Shown here in pieces: positions 27,103 through 39,060 of a stretch of 64,000 nucleotides of DNA (positions are counted from its first letter, which is position 1; every line of letters starts with the position of its first letter). Both the position numbers and the translations under genes were made by a program. The stretch lies in the NCBI RefSeq assembly GCF_058153355.1, contig NZ_CM177019.1; one strand, 5' to 3'. The notes under the pieces are model-generated. The model was not told the origin of the DNA. It did not search any database and saw nothing but the letters and a program-made list of their open reading frames with translations.

Positions 27103-27750
27103 GTGAAGCTATACATTTACGATCACTGCCCTTACTGCCTCAAAGCCCGCATGATTTTCGGCCTGAAAAATATCCCCGTCGAATTACATGTTCTGCTCAA
27201 TGACGACGCAGAAACACCCACCCGGATGGTCGGTCAAAAACAGGTTCCCATTCTGCAAAAAGATGACAGCCGCTATATGCCAGAAAGCATGGACATCGTT
27301 CACTATGTCGATAAACTCGACGGCAAACCGTTACTGACCGGCAAACGTTCACCTGCCATTGAAGAATGGCTGCGCAAGGTCAACGGCTACGCCAACAAAC
27401 TGCTGTTACCGCGTTTTGCCAAATCGGCATTTGATGAGTTTTCTACTCCCGCCGCGCGCAAATATTTTGTCGACAAGAAAGAAGCCAGCGCGGGTAATTT
27501 TGCCGACCTGCTGGCCCACTCTGACGGTCTGATTAAGAATATCAGCGATGATTTACGTGCGCTGGACAAACTTATCGTCAAACCGAACGCCGTGAATGGC
27601 GAACTTTCGGAAGATGATATTCAGCTATTTCCGCTCCTGCGGAATCTGACGCTAGTAGCCGGAATCAACTGGCCAAGCCGCGTTGCTGATTACCGCGATA
27701 ATATGGCGAAACAGACACAAATCAATTTGTTATCATCAATGGCGATTTAA
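27103..27750 (+). CDS. grxB: glutaredoxin 2
   Basis: 215-aa ORF MKLYIYDHCPYCLKARMIFGLKNIP with CPYC active site. Confidence 0.93.
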   Translation: MKLYIYDHCPYCLKARMIFGLKNIPVELHVLLNDDAETPTRMVGQKQVPILQKDDSRYMPESMDIVHYVDKLDGKPLLTGKRSPAIEEWLRKVNGYANKLLLPRFAKSAFDEFSTPAARKYFVDKKEASAGNFADLLAHSDGLIKNISDDLRALDKLIVKPNAVNGELSEDDIQLFPLLRNLTLVAGINWPSRVADYRDNMAKQTQINLLSSMAI

Positions 27751-27883
27751 TCCTGACCCGCCGCGGCAGCCTGTATTCGCGGGTTGCCGCCGTTTTCAGT
27801 TTTTTCTGCTGGCTAGTTTATCGCTGGTGACACATGCTGCGTTGTGTCAGGATATTGACGCAGATTTCATGTCGAGGACTACC

Positions 27884-28444
27884 ATGAACAAGTTTTTATT
27901 TGCCGCTGTATTGTTCGTCAGTGGCCTGCTCGTTGGCTGTAATCAACTCACCCAATACACCATCACCGAACAAGAAATTAACCAGTCGCTTGCGAAACAT
28001 AATAATTTCTCAAAAGATATCGGTTTACCCGGCGTGGCTGACGCTCATATTGTTCTGACAAACCTGACCAGCCAAATTGGTCGCGAAGAGCCGAATAAGG
28101 TTACCCTAACCGGAGACGCCAATCTGGACATGAACTCCCTGTTCGGTAGCCAGAAAGCGACCATGAAACTGAAGCTGAAAGCGCTGCCTGTGTTTGATAA
28201 AGAAAAAGGCGCGATCTTCCTGAAAGAGATGGAAGTAGTCGATGCGACGGTACAACCGGAAAAAATGCAAACGGTGATGCAAACGTTGCTTCCCTATTTG
28301 AACCAGGCATTACGCAATTACTTTAACCAGCAACCTGCTTATGTCCTGCGCGAAGATGGCAGTAAGGGCGAAGCAATGGCGAAGAAACTGGCGAAAGGTA
28401 TTGAAGTGAAGCCTGGTGAAATTGTCATTCCGTTTACTGATTAA
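27884..28444 (+). CDS. yceB: lipoprotein YceB (DUF1439)
   Basis: ORF 27683-28444; start placed at MNKFLFAAVLFVSGLLVGC (lipobox), 186 aa. Confidence 0.88.
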   Translation: MNKFLFAAVLFVSGLLVGCNQLTQYTITEQEINQSLAKHNNFSKDIGLPGVADAHIVLTNLTSQIGREEPNKVTLTGDANLDMNSLFGSQKATMKLKLKALPVFDKEKGAIFLKEMEVVDATVQPEKMQTVMQTLLPYLNQALRNYFNQQPAYVLREDGSKGEAMAKKLAKGIEVKPGEIVIPFTD

Positions 28445-28450
28445 TCACGA

Positions 28451-28478
28451 GGGCGCATTTGCGCCCTTTATTTTTCGT
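28451..28478 (+). terminator. rho-independent terminator after yceB
   Basis: gggcgca-ttt-gcgccc hairpin followed by tttatttttcg. Confidence 0.65.
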
Positions 28479-28480
28479 GC

Positions 28481-28500
28481 AAAGGAAAACGTTTCCGCTT
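28481..28500 (+). promoter_or_regulatory. PurR operator upstream of pyrC
   Basis: aaaggaAAACGTTTccgctt palindromic core matching the PurR box. Confidence 0.6.
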
Positions 28501-28511
28501 ATCCTTTGTGT

Positions 28512-28538
28512 CCGGCAAAAACATCCCTTCAGCCGGAG
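28512..28538 (+). promoter_or_regulatory. pyrC leader hairpin overlapping the Shine-Dalgarno sequence
   Basis: ccggc...gccgg inverted repeat with ggag SD just before the ATG at 28550. Confidence 0.5.
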
Positions 28539-28549
28539 CATAGAGATTA

Positions 28550-29596
28550 ATGACTGCACCATCCCAGGTATTAAAGATCCGCCGCCCAGACGACTGGCAC
28601 CTTCACCTCCGCGATGGCGACATGTTAAAAACTGTCGTGCCTTATACCAGCGAAATATATGGGCGGGCTATCGTAATGCCCAATCTGGCTCCGCCCGTGA
28701 CCACCGTTGAGGCTGCCGTGGCATATCGCCAGCGTATTCTCGACGCCGTACCTGCCGGGCACGATTTCACCCCGCTGATGACCTGTTATTTAACAGATTC
28801 GCTGGACCCTAATGAGCTGGAACGTGGATTTAACGAAGGCGTGTTCACCGCTGCAAAACTTTACCCCGCAAACGCAACCACTAACTCCAGCCACGGCGTG
28901 ACGTCAGTTGACGCAATCATGCCGGTACTTGAGCGCATGGAAAAAATCGGTATGCCGTTACTGGTGCATGGTGAAGTGACACATGCAGATATCGACATTT
29001 TTGATCGTGAAGCGCGCTTTATTGAAAGCGTAATGGAACCGCTTCGCCAGCGCCTGACCGCGCTGAAAGTCGTTTTTGAGCACATCACCACCAAAGAAGC
29101 TGCCGACTATGTCCGTGACGGAAATGAACGTCTGGCGGCCACCATCACTCCTCAGCATCTGATGTTTAACCGTAACCATATGCTGGTTGGTGGCGTGCAT
29201 CCACACCTGTACTGTCTGCCAATACTCAAACGCAATATTCACCAACAGGCATTACGTGAACTGGTCGCTAGCGGTTTTAATCGTGTATTCCTCGGCACGG
29301 ATTCTGCGCCACATGCACGTCATCGCAAAGAAAGCAGTTGCGGCTGTGCGGGCTGCTTCAACGCGCCTACTGCGCTGGGCAGTTACGCTACCGTCTTTGA
29401 AGAGATGAATGCTCTACAGCACTTTGAAGCATTCTGTTCTGTAAACGGACCGCAGTTCTATGGTTTGCCGGTCAACGACACATTCATCGAACTGGTACGC
29501 AAAGAACAGCAGGTTGCTGAAAGCATCGCACTGACTGATGACACGCTGGTGCCATTCCTCGCCGGGGAAACGGTACGCTGGTCCGTTAAACAATAA
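28550..29596 (+). CDS. pyrC: dihydroorotase
   Basis: 348-aa [30 protein letters not shown] with HxH metal-binding motif. Confidence 0.95.
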   Translation: MTAPSQVLKIRRPDDWHLHLRDGDMLKTVVPYTSEIYGRAIVMPNLAPPVTTVEAAVAYRQRILDAVPAGHDFTPLMTCYLTDSLDPNELERGFNEGVFTAAKLYPANATTNSSHGVTSVDAIMPVLERMEKIGMPLLVHGEVTHADIDIFDREARFIESVMEPLRQRLTALKVVFEHITTKEAADYVRDGNERLAATITPQHLMFNRNHMLVGGVHPHLYCLPILKRNIHQQALRELVASGFNRVFLGTDSAPHARHRKESSCGCAGCFNAPTALGSYATVFEEMNALQHFEAFCSVNGPQFYGLPVNDTFIELVRKEQQVAESIALTDDTLVPFLAGETVRWSVKQ

Positions 29597-29630
29597 AAAT
29601 CGTAGCTACCTGTTGTCATTAGGTTATTTT

Positions 29631-29650
29631 ACCTGTATAAATAACCAGTA
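29631..29650 (+). promoter_or_regulatory. LexA box (SOS operator) for dinI
   Basis: acCTGTataaataaCCAGta fits CTGT-N8-ACAG-type LexA operators; 20 bp upstream of the dinI start. Confidence 0.75.
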
Positions 29651-29669
29651 TATTCAACAGGGGGCTATT

Positions 29670-29915
29670 ATGCGAATTGAAGTCACCATAGCGAAAACTT
29701 CTCCATTGCCAGCGGGGGCTATTGACGCCCTGGCTGGCGAACTTTCTCGCCGTATTCAGTATGCGTTTCCTGATAATGAAGGCCACGTATCGGTACGTTA
29801 TGCTGCAGCGAATAATTTATCGGTTATTGGCGCGACAAAAGAAGATAAACAGCGCATTAGCGAAATTCTCCAGGAAACGTGGGAAAGCGCCGATGACTGG
29901 TTTGTCAGCGAATAA
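29670..29915 (+). CDS. dinI: DNA damage-inducible protein DinI
   Basis: 81-aa frame MRIEVTIAKTSPLPAGAIDALAGELSRRIQYAFPD... inside ORF 29538-29915. Confidence 0.9.
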   Translation: MRIEVTIAKTSPLPAGAIDALAGELSRRIQYAFPDNEGHVSVRYAAANNLSVIGATKEDKQRISEILQETWESADDWFVSE

Positions 29916-30204
29916 TATGCAGTGATTTTTGTTTTTGCCGGGTCGCCCCGGCTTTTTTATTTTACTTACGAATTTCGAGTACAAAATTTCTACACTTCCT
30001 CAAAATAATTGCACAATTTGCTAAAAAAATATGAATGACATGCTGTTTTATTGTTCATATAAATCTTAAAAGCAAAAATTTATCTGTTCCCCCCTTTAAA
30101 AATTCGGTGAATACCCTTACTTATTGGTATACTGAAGTTGCTTCAGATAAAAACGCATTGAACCTCGAATAACGTTGTCTAGTAACACGAATTAGGGGGC
30201 CATG

Positions 30205-30459
30205 ATGGAAAAAAATAATGAAGTCATTCAGACTCATCCGCTCGTAGGGTGGGACATCAGCACCGTTGATAGCTATGATGCGCTGATGTTGCGTTTGCAT
30301 TACCAGACCCCAAATAAGTCCGAGCAGGAAGGGACTGAAGTTGGTCAGACGCTCTGGTTAACCACTGATGTTGCCAGACAATTTATTTCGATATTAGAAG
30401 CAGGAATCGCCAAAATTGAATCCGGTGATTTCCCGGTAAACGAGTATCGGCGTCATTAA
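30205..30459 (+). CDS. bssS: biofilm regulator BssS
   Basis: 84-aa frame MEKNNEVIQTHPLVGWDISTVDSYD... Confidence 0.88.
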   Translation: MEKNNEVIQTHPLVGWDISTVDSYDALMLRLHYQTPNKSEQEGTEVGQTLWLTTDVARQFISILEAGIAKIESGDFPVNEYRRH

Positions 30460-30573
30460 CATGACATGACCATCCACCCAAAAGGCACCTCACCGGTGCC
30501 TTTACCATTTCTGGGTTGTATATCTGCATTCAGTTAATTACTCTGCTTAAACCATGAGAGCAGAGAGAAAAAA

Positions 30574-31692
30574 ATGAAATACGATCTCATCATTATTGGC
30601 AGCGGTTCCGTAGGCGCTGCCGCCGGGTATTATGCAACCCGTGCCGGTTTAAACGTGCTAATGACCGACGCCCATATGCCACCGCATCAACACGGCAGCC
30701 ACCACGGCGATACGCGATTAATTCGCCATGCTTATGGTGAAGGCGAAAAGTATGTCCCGCTGGTCCTCCGCGCGCAAACGCTGTGGGATGAACTCTCCCG
30801 CCACAACGAAGAAGATCCCATTTTTGTACGCTCGGGTGTCATTAACCTTGGCCCGGCTGATTCCGCATTTCTCGCCAACGTCGCCCACAGCGCTGAACAG
30901 TGGCAACTCAACGTTGAAAAGCTCGATGCGCAAGGGATTATGGCACGCTGGCCAGAAATACGCGTCCCGGACAACTACATCGGCTTATTTGAGACTGATT
31001 CCGGCTTTTTACGCAGCGAACTGGCGATTAAAACCTGGATCCAACTGGCGAAGGAAGCGGGTTGTGCGCAGTTGTTCAACTGCCCGGTCACCGCAATTCG
31101 TCATGACGATGATGGCGTAACTATTGAAACCGCTGACGGTGAGTATCAGGCGAAAAAAGCGATCGTCTGCACGGGAACATGGGTAAAAGATCTGCTCCCG
31201 GAACTGCCTGTCCAGCCCGTACGCAAAGTATTTGCCTGGTATCAGGCCGATGGTCGCTATAGCGTGAAGAATAAATTCCCGGCGTTTACCGGTGAACTGC
31301 CCAATGGCGATCAATATTATGGTTTTCCGGCAGAAAACGACGCGTTGAAGATTGGCAAACATAACGGAGGCCAGCTTATCCATTCAGCGGATGAACGTGT
31401 TCCGTTTGCGGAAGTGGCCAGTGATGGGTCAGAAGCCTTCCCGTTCTTGCGCAATGTATTGCCGGGTATCGGTTGCTGCCTGTACGGCGCTGCCTGCACC
31501 TATGATAATTCGCCTGACGAAGATTTTATTATCGATACTCTACCCGGCCACGATAATACACTGCTCATTACCGGCCTGAGCGGGCACGGTTTTAAATTTG
31601 CGTCAGTTTTAGGGGAAATAGCTGCCGATTTTGCGCAAGACAAAAAAAGCGATTTTGATTTGACGCCATTCAGGCTTTCCCGCTTCCAATAA
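30574..31692 (+). CDS. solA: N-methyl-L-tryptophan oxidase
   Basis: 372-aa [28 protein letters not shown] with FAD-binding GxGxxG. Confidence 0.93.
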
Positions 31693-31712
31693 TCATCATT
31701 ACGGCCTCCAGA

Positions 31713-31853
31713 ATGAGGCCGTTTTTACAGGAGTATTTAATGCGTCGGCTGTTGCACTATCTCATCAATAATATTCGCGAGCATCTGATGCTTTATCTTT
31801 TTCTCTGGGGACTGTTGGCAATTATGGACCTGATCTACGTGTTTTATTTTTAG
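31713..31853 (+). CDS. yceO: small membrane protein YceO (46 aa)
   Basis: Hand-translated [46 protein letters not shown]; below the ORF-track length cutoff. Confidence 0.7.
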
Positions 31854-32114
31854 TTTTTCCGCACTGACATAAACTGACAAATATTTAATCTCCCTTTCAT
31901 TTAGCGTGAAAAATTGAATGAGATTCTTCCTGCCTCTACAGCACTCACCAGACCTTCCAGATGCTGAACCCACTAAACTTATGAAGTTTCTTTCATTATT
32001 AATTCAAAATTATTGAAATAAAAATAAATATCATTCAATTTGTTATTTTTGTGTTGCAATTCATTCTCCGACACGCCATTTTCTTTCTCTCGCAAATTCG
32101 TTTTGGATGCACTT

Positions 32115-32681
32115 ATGTCATTCACAAATACCCCTGAACGCTATGGTGTTATATCTGCGGCCTTCCATTGGCTAAGCGCAATTATTGTCTATGGCATGTT
32201 TGCTTTAGGTCTGTGGATGGTCACGCTCAGTTATTACGATGGCTGGTACCACAAAGCACCCGAATTGCATAAAAGCATCGGCATTTTGTTAATGATGGGG
32301 CTGGTTATTCGCGTTCTTTGGCGCTTCATATCTCCACCGCCGGGTCCGCTGCAAAGTTATTCGCCCATGACTCGTGTTGGCGCAAAGGCTGGACATCTTG
32401 CATTGTACCTATTGCTGTTCGCCATCGGCATCAGCGGCTATCTGATCTCAACTGCCGATGGTAAACCGATCAGCGTTTTTGGCTGGTTTGACGTCCCCGC
32501 GACCCTCGCCGACGCTGGCGCACAGGCTGACTTTGCCGGTGCCCTGCATTTTTGGCTCGCGTGGAGCGTCGTAGTACTGTCCGTTATGCACGGATTTATG
32601 GCCCTGAAGCATCATTTCATCGATAAAGACGACACTCTGAAGCGCATGCTGGGAAAGTCGTCATCTGACTATGGAGTATAA
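32115..32681 (+). CDS. yceJ: cytochrome b561-family protein YceJ
   Basis: ORF 32040-32681; start placed at MSFTNTPERYGVISAAFHWLSAIIVYG (188 aa). Confidence 0.88.
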   Translation: MSFTNTPERYGVISAAFHWLSAIIVYGMFALGLWMVTLSYYDGWYHKAPELHKSIGILLMMGLVIRVLWRFISPPPGPLQSYSPMTRVGAKAGHLALYLLLFAIGISGYLISTADGKPISVFGWFDVPATLADAGAQADFAGALHFWLAWSVVVLSVMHGFMALKHHFIDKDDTLKRMLGKSSSDYGV

Positions 32682-32684
32682 AAA

Positions 32685-33260
32685 ATGAAAAAAAGCCTGC
32701 TTGGTTTAACCTTCGCTTCCATGATGTTCTCTGCCGGTTCAGCGGTTGCCGCCGATTACAAAATTGACAAAGAAGGTCAGCACGCCTTTGTTAATTTCCG
32801 CATCCAGCACCTTGGCTACAGCTGGTTATATGGCACCTTTAAAGATTTCGACGGTACTTTTACCTTTGATGAAAAAAATCCCGCTGCCGATAAAGTGAAT
32901 GTGACAATTAACACCACCAGCGTCGATACTAATCACGCCGAACGCGATAAACATCTTCGCAGTGCGGATTTCCTCAATACCGCAAAATATCCACAGGCAA
33001 CATTCACCTCCACTAGCGTAAAGAAAGACGGTGATGAGCTGGATATTACCGGCGATCTGACGCTGAACGGGGTCACCAAACCCGTCACGCTGGAAGCGAA
33101 ATTAATTGGTCAGGGCGACGACCCGTGGGGCGGTAAACGTGCAGGCTTTGAGGCCGAAGGCAAAATTAAGCTCAAAGACTTCAATATCAAGACAGATTTA
33201 GGTTCAGCTTCTCAGGAAGTGGATCTGATTATTTCAGTGGAAGGCGTACAGCAGAAGTAA
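32685..33260 (+). CDS. yceI: periplasmic YceI-family protein
   Basis: 191-aa ORF with signal peptide [22 protein letters not shown]. Confidence 0.9.
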   Translation: MKKSLLGLTFASMMFSAGSAVAADYKIDKEGQHAFVNFRIQHLGYSWLYGTFKDFDGTFTFDEKNPAADKVNVTINTTSVDTNHAERDKHLRSADFLNTAKYPQATFTSTSVKKDGDELDITGDLTLNGVTKPVTLEAKLIGQGDDPWGGKRAGFEAEGKIKLKDFNIKTDLGSASQEVDLIISVEGVQQK

Positions 33261-33269
33261 GCGTGAAAT

Positions 33270-33292
33270 GTTGCCGGATGACACGCATCCGG
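33270..33292. terminator. bidirectional terminator hairpin between yceI and trhO
   Basis: ccggatgacacgcatccgg inverted repeat. Confidence 0.55.
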
Positions 33293-33301
33293 CAATGATA
33301 T

Positions 33302-34354
33302 TTATTCTGTTGGATCAGGAATGCCCAGTGTTGTATTCAGACGTCCACGAGACTTATTAAAGATCTTATTGCCATTTTCACGTCCTGCCCGACGGCGTCG
33401 CTGTTCTTCTGGCGGTAACGCGCTTTCTTCGCAGCAAATCTCACTGCAACAACCTTTGTATTTTTCTGCACATACTGGACACTGAATAAACAGCAGGTGG
33501 CAGCCATCATTTTTACAGTTGGTATGGCTGTCGCACGGCGCACCGCACTGGTGGCAATGCGCGATAATCTCATCAGAGATACGTTCGCCCATCCGCTCGT
33601 CAAACACAAAATTTTTGCCAATAAAACGCACCGGTAAGCCCTGCTCGCGCGCCTTACGGGCGTATTCAATAATTCCGCCTTCGATATGCCAGACTTTATT
33701 GAATCCGTTATGTTTCATCCAGGCACTGGCCTTTTCACAACGAATGCCGCCGGTGCAGTACATAACGATTTTTTTATCTTTATGTTCCTGCATCATCTCG
33801 ACTGCTTTTGGTAGCTGCTCACGGAAGGTATCTGCCGGAATTTCCAGCGCGTTTTCAAAGTGCCCCACTTCATACTCATAATGATTACGCATGTCGATAA
33901 ACAGTGCATCGGGATCGTCAAGCATGGCGTTCACTTCTGCCGCTTGCAGATACTCACCAACATTACTGGCATCGAAGTGAGGATCGTCAATACCGTCGGC
34001 TACGATGCGATCGCGCACCTTCATGCGCAGTACCCAGAAGGATTTCCCGTCATCATCCAACGCGATATTCAGGCGTAAGCCATCTAAAGCCGGGTCGAAG
34101 CCGTATAGCTGTGCGCGAAATGTTTCAACATTGCTCGCAGGTACACTGATTTGCGCGTTAATCCCCTCATGCGCCAGATACACTCGCCCAAAAATATTCA
34201 GCGCAGTAAACAGCTGATATAAAGCGTCACGGGTCGCTTTCGGATCGGCGATGTGGAAATACTTATAAAACGAAATGGTGGTGCGCGGTTCGCGCTCAGC
34301 CAACATTTTGGCTTTCAGCGCGTCGTTGGAAATGCGGTTGTGTAACACTGGCAT
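33302..34354 (-). CDS. trhO: rhodanese-domain tRNA uridine(34) hydroxylase TrhO (YceA)
   Basis: ORF 33302-34408; start placed at [16 protein letters not shown] (350 aa). Confidence 0.88.
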   Translation of the reverse strand: MPVLHNRISNDALKAKMLAEREPRTTISFYKYFHIADPKATRDALYQLFTALNIFGRVYLAHEGINAQISVPASNVETFRAQLYGFDPALDGLRLNIALDDDGKSFWVLRMKVRDRIVADGIDDPHFDASNVGEYLQAAEVNAMLDDPDALFIDMRNHYEYEVGHFENALEIPADTFREQLPKAVEMMQEHKDKKIVMYCTGGIRCEKASAWMKHNGFNKVWHIEGGIIEYARKAREQGLPVRFIGKNFVFDERMGERISDEIIAHCHQCGAPCDSHTNCKNDGCHLLFIQCPVCAEKYKGCCSEICCEESALPPEEQRRRRAGRENGNKIFNKSRGRLNTTLGIPDPTE

Positions 34355-34578
34355 GGTGTACGGTTCCTGCGAGATGGGAAAGTAAAAATCCGCGGCATGA
34401 TATAGCAATTATCGATAATTAACATCCACGCATTTTACGCTACATTTGTGCATTAAAAATTATTTATTATTTACAAGCGCGGTAATTTCGCCCAGTCTTC
34501 AGCCACAAATTTTGGTTGCGGGCGAAAAAATGCGACAATACATACAATTGCCCGAATAGGTTGAAAAACAGGATTGAT

Positions 34579-35499
34579 ATGACGAATCTACCCAAGTTCT
34601 CCACCGCACTGCTTCATCCGCGTTATTGGTTAACCTGGTTGGGTATTGGCGTACTTTGGTTGGTCGTGCAATTGCCCTACCCGGTTATCTACCGCCTCGG
34701 TTGTGGATTAGGAAAACTGGCGTTACGTTTTATGAAACGACGCGCAAAAATTGTGCATCGCAACCTGGAACTGTGCTTCCCGAAAATGAGCGAACAAGAA
34801 CGCCGTAAAATGGTGGTGAAGAATTTCGAATCCGTTGGCATGGGACTGATGGAAACTGGCATGGCGTGGTTCTGGCCGGACCGCCGAATCGCCCGCTGGA
34901 CGGAAGTGATCGGCATGGAACACATTCGTGACGTGCAGGCGCAAAAACGCGGCATCCTGTTAGTTGGCATCCATTTTCTGACCCTGGAGCTGGGTGCGCG
35001 GCAGTTTGGTATGCAGGAGCCGGGCATTGGCGTTTACCGCCCGAACGATAATCCACTGATTGACTGGCTACAAACCTGGGGCCGTTTGCGCTCAAATAAA
35101 TCGATGCTCGACCGCAAAGATTTAAAAGGCATGATTAAAGCCCTGAAAAAAGGCGAAGTGGTCTGGTACGCACCGGATCATGATTACGGCCCGCGCTCAA
35201 GCGTTTTCGTCCCGTTGTTTGCCGTTGAGCAGGCTGCGACCACAACCGGAACCTGGATGCTGGCACGGATGTCCGGCGCATGTCTGGTGCCCTTCGTTCC
35301 ACGCCGTAAGCCAGATGGCAAAGGGTATCAGTTGATTATGCTACCGCCAGAGTGTTCTCCGCCGCTGGATGATGCCGAAACCACCGCCGCGTGGATGAAC
35401 AAAGTGGTCGAAAAATGCATCATGATGGCACCAGAGCAGTATATGTGGTTACACCGTCGCTTTAAAACACGTCCGGAAGGCGTTCCTTCACGCTATTAA
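34579..35499 (+). CDS. lpxL: lipid A lauroyl acyltransferase LpxL (HtrB)
   Basis: ORF 34516-35499; start placed at [17 protein letters not shown] (306 aa). Confidence 0.92.
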   Translation: MTNLPKFSTALLHPRYWLTWLGIGVLWLVVQLPYPVIYRLGCGLGKLALRFMKRRAKIVHRNLELCFPKMSEQERRKMVVKNFESVGMGLMETGMAWFWPDRRIARWTEVIGMEHIRDVQAQKRGILLVGIHFLTLELGARQFGMQEPGIGVYRPNDNPLIDWLQTWGRLRSNKSMLDRKDLKGMIKALKKGEVVWYAPDHDYGPRSSVFVPLFAVEQAATTTGTWMLARMSGACLVPFVPRRKPDGKGYQLIMLPPECSPPLDDAETTAAWMNKVVEKCIMMAPEQYMWLHRRFKTRPEGVPSRY

Positions 35500-35506
35500 A
35501 TCTCCC

Positions 35507-35534
35507 ATGCCGGATGCTTCAAAATGGCATCCGG
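35507..35534 (+). terminator. terminator hairpin after lpxL
   Basis: gccggatgcttcaaaatggcatccggc inverted repeat. Confidence 0.5.
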
Positions 35535-35670
35535 CATTCCCACAGCAAATCCTCCTGATTTAGCGATAAAAGCTCTCTGGATTGCGCCCCCTGGAAGTCG
35601 GGCGCATAATTAGTGTGCTTATCTTTTCTTCTTATGTTCACCGCGCCTGGCGCACCAACAGCGGATTGCT

Positions 35671-36897
35671 ATGTCACCCTGTGAAAATGACACCCCTATA
35701 AACTGGAAACGAAACCTGATCGTCGCCTGGCTAGGCTGTTTTCTTACCGGTGCCGCCTTCAGCCTGGTAATGCCCTTCTTACCCCTCTACGTTGAGCAGC
35801 TTGGCGTTACGGGCCACTCCGCCTTGAATATGTGGTCCGGTATTGTCTTCAGCATTACATTTTTATTTTCGGCCATCGCCTCACCGTTTTGGGGTGGGCT
35901 TGCCGACCGTAAAGGCCGAAAACTCATGCTATTACGCTCTGCCCTTGGGATGGGCATCGTGATGGTGTTAATGGGGATGGCACAAAATATCTGGCAGTTT
36001 TTGATCCTGCGGGCGCTGCTTGGTTTGCTTGGCGGATTTGTTCCCAACGCTAATGCTCTTATCGCCACACAAGTACCGCGTAATAAAAGCGGCTGGGCGC
36101 TGGGTACGCTCTCCACAGGCGGCGTTAGCGGCGCGTTGCTCGGCCCAATGGCTGGTGGTTTGCTTGCCGATAGCTACGGCTTACGTCCGGTATTCTTTAT
36201 TACCGCCAGTGTGCTGATACTTTGCTTTTTCGTCACCCTGTTTTGCATCCGAGAAAAATTCCAGCCTGTCAGCAAAAAAGAGATGCTGCACATGCGAGAA
36301 GTGGTGACATCACTTAAAAACCCGAAACTGGTACTCAGCCTGTTTGTCACCACGTTAATCATCCAGGTGGCGACGGGTTCAATTGCCCCTATTCTGACGC
36401 TGTATGTACGCGAACTGGCGGGTAACGTCAGTAATGTCGCCTTTATCAGCGGCATGATCGCCTCGGTGCCAGGCGTGGCTGCTCTGCTGAGTGCACCACG
36501 ACTCGGCAAACTTGGCGATCGAATCGGACCCGAAAAGATCCTGATTACAGCGTTGATCTTTTCTGTACTGCTGTTGATCCCAATGTCTTACGTTCAGACA
36601 CCGTTACAACTTGGGATCTTACGCTTTTTGCTCGGTGCTGCCGATGGTGCACTACTCCCCGCCGTACAGACACTATTGGTTTACAACTCAAGCAACCAAA
36701 TCGCCGGGCGTATTTTCAGCTATAACCAATCGTTTCGTGATATTGGCAACGTTACCGGACCATTGATGGGAGCAGCGATTTCAGCGAACTACGGTTTCAG
36801 AGCGGTATTCCTCGTCACCGCTGGCGTAGTGTTATTCAACGCAGTCTATTCATGGAACAGTCTGCGCCGTCGTCGGATACCCCAGGTATCAAACTGA
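35671..36897 (+). CDS. mdtG: MFS multidrug efflux transporter MdtG
   Basis: 408-aa [36 protein letters not shown]... Confidence 0.93.
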   Translation: MSPCENDTPINWKRNLIVAWLGCFLTGAAFSLVMPFLPLYVEQLGVTGHSALNMWSGIVFSITFLFSAIASPFWGGLADRKGRKLMLLRSALGMGIVMVLMGMAQNIWQFLILRALLGLLGGFVPNANALIATQVPRNKSGWALGTLSTGGVSGALLGPMAGGLLADSYGLRPVFFITASVLILCFFVTLFCIREKFQPVSKKEMLHMREVVTSLKNPKLVLSLFVTTLIIQVATGSIAPILTLYVRELAGNVSNVAFISGMIASVPGVAALLSAPRLGKLGDRIGPEKILITALIFSVLLLIPMSYVQTPLQLGILRFLLGAADGALLPAVQTLLVYNSSNQIAGRIFSYNQSFRDIGNVTGPLMGAAISANYGFRAVFLVTAGVVLFNAVYSWNSLRRRRIPQVSN

Positions 36898-36979
36898 TTT
36901 TTCGCCTTTCATACTTGCAATAGCGGAGAATCAGCTATCCTTTTCCCTGAAACCTCATCAACTCAAAGGGAGAATCGTG

Positions 36980-37354
36980 ATGACCATGTACGCAACGCTT
37001 GAAGAAGCCATTGACGCTGCACGCGAAGAATTTCTTGCAGACAACCCCGGCATCGACGCCGAAAATGCGAATGTGCAACAGTTCAATGCCCAAAAATACG
37101 TTTTGCAGGACGGCGACATCATGTGGCAAGTTGAGTTTTTTGCCGACGAAGGGGAAGAAGGTGAATGTTTACCTATGCTTAGCGGTGAAGCCGCGCAAAG
37201 TGTTTTTGATGGCGACTATGATGAGATAGAAATCCGCCAGGAGTGGCAGGAAGAGAATACATTACATGAATGGGACGAGGGGGAATTTCAGCTTGAGCCA
37301 CCGCTGGATACGGAAGAAGGACGGGCAGCTGCTGATGAGTGGGATGAACGCTAA
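36980..37354 (+). CDS. msyB: acidic protein MsyB
   Basis: 124-aa highly acidic frame MTMYATLEEAIDAAREEFLADNPG... Confidence 0.9.
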   Translation: MTMYATLEEAIDAAREEFLADNPGIDAENANVQQFNAQKYVLQDGDIMWQVEFFADEGEEGECLPMLSGEAAQSVFDGDYDEIEIRQEWQEENTLHEWDEGEFQLEPPLDTEEGRAAADEWDER

Positions 37355-37582
37355 TTACTCATACGAGCCATGATGAATGTCGATCGGCAGCAGTAAAGTA
37401 TCAAAAACCAGGGAGAATGGCAGATCAAGGATCGTGACGTAACGCCAGGCGGAGTCACGCACATCCCATTGCACACCGGGATAATATTGGTTGCCATGCC
37501 CCTGCCCCGGTATAGTGCGACTAATGATGCTGCCACAGCCACACAGCAAGGTCACCATGATGCTCACCATAATTAAACGCAT
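37355..37582 (-). CDS. yceK: lipoprotein YceK
   Basis: 75-aa ORF MRLIMVSIMVTLLCGCGS (lipobox). Confidence 0.88.
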   Translation of the reverse strand: MRLIMVSIMVTLLCGCGSIISRTIPGQGHGNQYYPGVQWDVRDSAWRYVTILDLPFSLVFDTLLLPIDIHHGSYE

Positions 37583-37608
37583 TTGATACCCCTTCCGTAA
37601 AAAAATAC

Positions 37609-37621
37609 CGGCATAACGCCG
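37609..37621. repeat. IS4 target-site duplication, left copy (cggcataacgccg)
   Basis: 13-bp direct repeat immediately flanking the IS4 end; identical copy at 39048-39060. Confidence 0.8.
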
Positions 37622-39047
37622 TAATGCCAGTCAGTTAAGCAACTGACTGGCTCTTTTTCGGGGCTGTGGGGTATTTCCAGGGCCTCTCCTTTACCACTCT
37701 CGGGAAGGCCCTTTCCCTTCTTGTCGGTAATTTCACAAGTTGTCCCATACTTGCAAGATCGCGCATCAGCTCCGGTATACGTCCCGGTGAAGCGCCCTGC
37801 AATGTCATCAGCATTCTCATCACCATTCCGCATGATTCTGAGAAACTCAGTTGATTCGGCCAGTAACCTTTCAGATGTTCCGCCATTTTAATCATCTGAT
37901 ATCTCACCAGATTATAAGCCAGTAAGACACCCCACAGCTCTTGCTCCACAAGCTCCGGCTTTTTACTTCTCAGCGTCAGCCTGCTCAGTTGCATCGTCTG
38001 TTTTATCTCCCTGTATCCCAGTTCGATTTCCCAGCGATGACTGTACAGATCCGCCATTTCTCCTCCGGGGAAGCGCATGGCGTCCGTCATCGACGTCAGC
38101 AGATGGCAGACTTTTCCTTTGCGCGTCACGGTCAGCAGGCGGGCTGTCACTTCATTTCCCAGTCCCGGCCACTTTTTTCGTGCCTGCGGGCTGGTTTTCA
38201 GCTTCACCAGATGATCGCCTTTACCCAGTTTTCTGATCTCTTCATATTGCGCTCCCTTTCTGAGAGGTATCATCCAGTGGCGGTGTTCTCCCGCCAGGCT
38301 CCAGGCATTTAACAGTCCCAGTGAGTAATAACCTTTATCCATTAACGTCAGAGTGTTATCGCCGGTTTGTTCTATAAGTTGCTCAGCAAGCTCATTTTCG
38401 CTGTTCTTCATCGTGCCGAAGGCTGCAGCCGTCAGCAGATGGCTGGTCAGTTCCATCTGGCAGACCATTTTGACCTGCGGGTAGAGCGCCGGGTTCCCGG
38501 CATGTGTCTGGCGGGGGAAGGCTGCATCGTTCTCTGGTGTATCCGGTGTGCGCCAGAACACACCATCGATGGCCAGCAGGGTCAGGCCGCACCAGTGCGG
38601 ATGCGGCGTGGCGTTATGCCAGAGCTGCGCTGTTTTCGTGAACACGCGGCGGACAGCCTCACTTCCCAGGCGCTGGCGGGCCTGAATAACGGCACTGGGG
38701 GCAACGAAGGGGCGATTGCCCGGCAGCATGATGTCCAGGCGATTCACAATCTGGTGAAGAGGTTCTTTACGCTCAAGCGCCATGCCAACAATACACCAGA
38801 CCATCATTTCGAGGGGAAGACGGCGCTTGCGTAGCGTTACAGTACCTGATTCGGCAAGGCAACGAGAGATGAGTTCGGGGTCGAGGTAATCCCCCAGAGA
38901 AGTCAGTGGGTTACGCAGAGAATCGTAACGGGATACCAGATCAAGAGCCTGTCCAATGTGCATAAAAAAATCCGGAAACAAGTGAGCGTTTCCGGATTCT
39001 TACACAGCCACTGGATCGGTCAACTGATCCTTAACTGATCGGCATTA
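37622..39047 (-). mobile_element. IS4 insertion sequence, complete (1426 bp)
   Basis: Terminal inverted repeats TAATGCCAGTCAGTTAAG / TAATGCCGATCAGTTAAG (right end as reverse complement), IS4-type transposase inside, 13-bp flanking direct repeat. Confidence 0.93.
37635..38963 (-). CDS. insG: IS4 transposase InsG
   Basis: ORF 37635-38981; start placed at [16 protein letters not shown] (442 aa); recognised as the IS4 transposase. Confidence 0.93.
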   Translation of the reverse strand: MHIGQALDLVSRYDSLRNPLTSLGDYLDPELISRCLAESGTVTLRKRRLPLEMMVWCIVGMALERKEPLHQIVNRLDIMLPGNRPFVAPSAVIQARQRLGSEAVRRVFTKTAQLWHNATPHPHWCGLTLLAIDGVFWRTPDTPENDAAFPRQTHAGNPALYPQVKMVCQMELTSHLLTAAAFGTMKNSENELAEQLIEQTGDNTLTLMDKGYYSLGLLNAWSLAGEHRHWMIPLRKGAQYEEIRKLGKGDHLVKLKTSPQARKKWPGLGNEVTARLLTVTRKGKVCHLLTSMTDAMRFPGGEMADLYSHRWEIELGYREIKQTMQLSRLTLRSKKPELVEQELWGVLLAYNLVRYQMIKMAEHLKGYWPNQLSFSESCGMVMRMLMTLQGASPGRIPELMRDLASMGQLVKLPTRRERAFPRVVKERPWKYPTAPKKSQSVA

Positions 39048-39060
39048 CGGCATAACGCCG
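39048..39060. repeat. IS4 target-site duplication, right copy (cggcataacgccg)
   Basis: Identical to 37609-37621. Confidence 0.8.

Noticed and set aside
29538-29669. N-terminal extension of the dinI ORF (125 aa in the track)
   Set aside because: The extension overlaps the pyrC 3' end and the LexA box; the real start is the ATG at 29670, which gives the 81-aa DinI.
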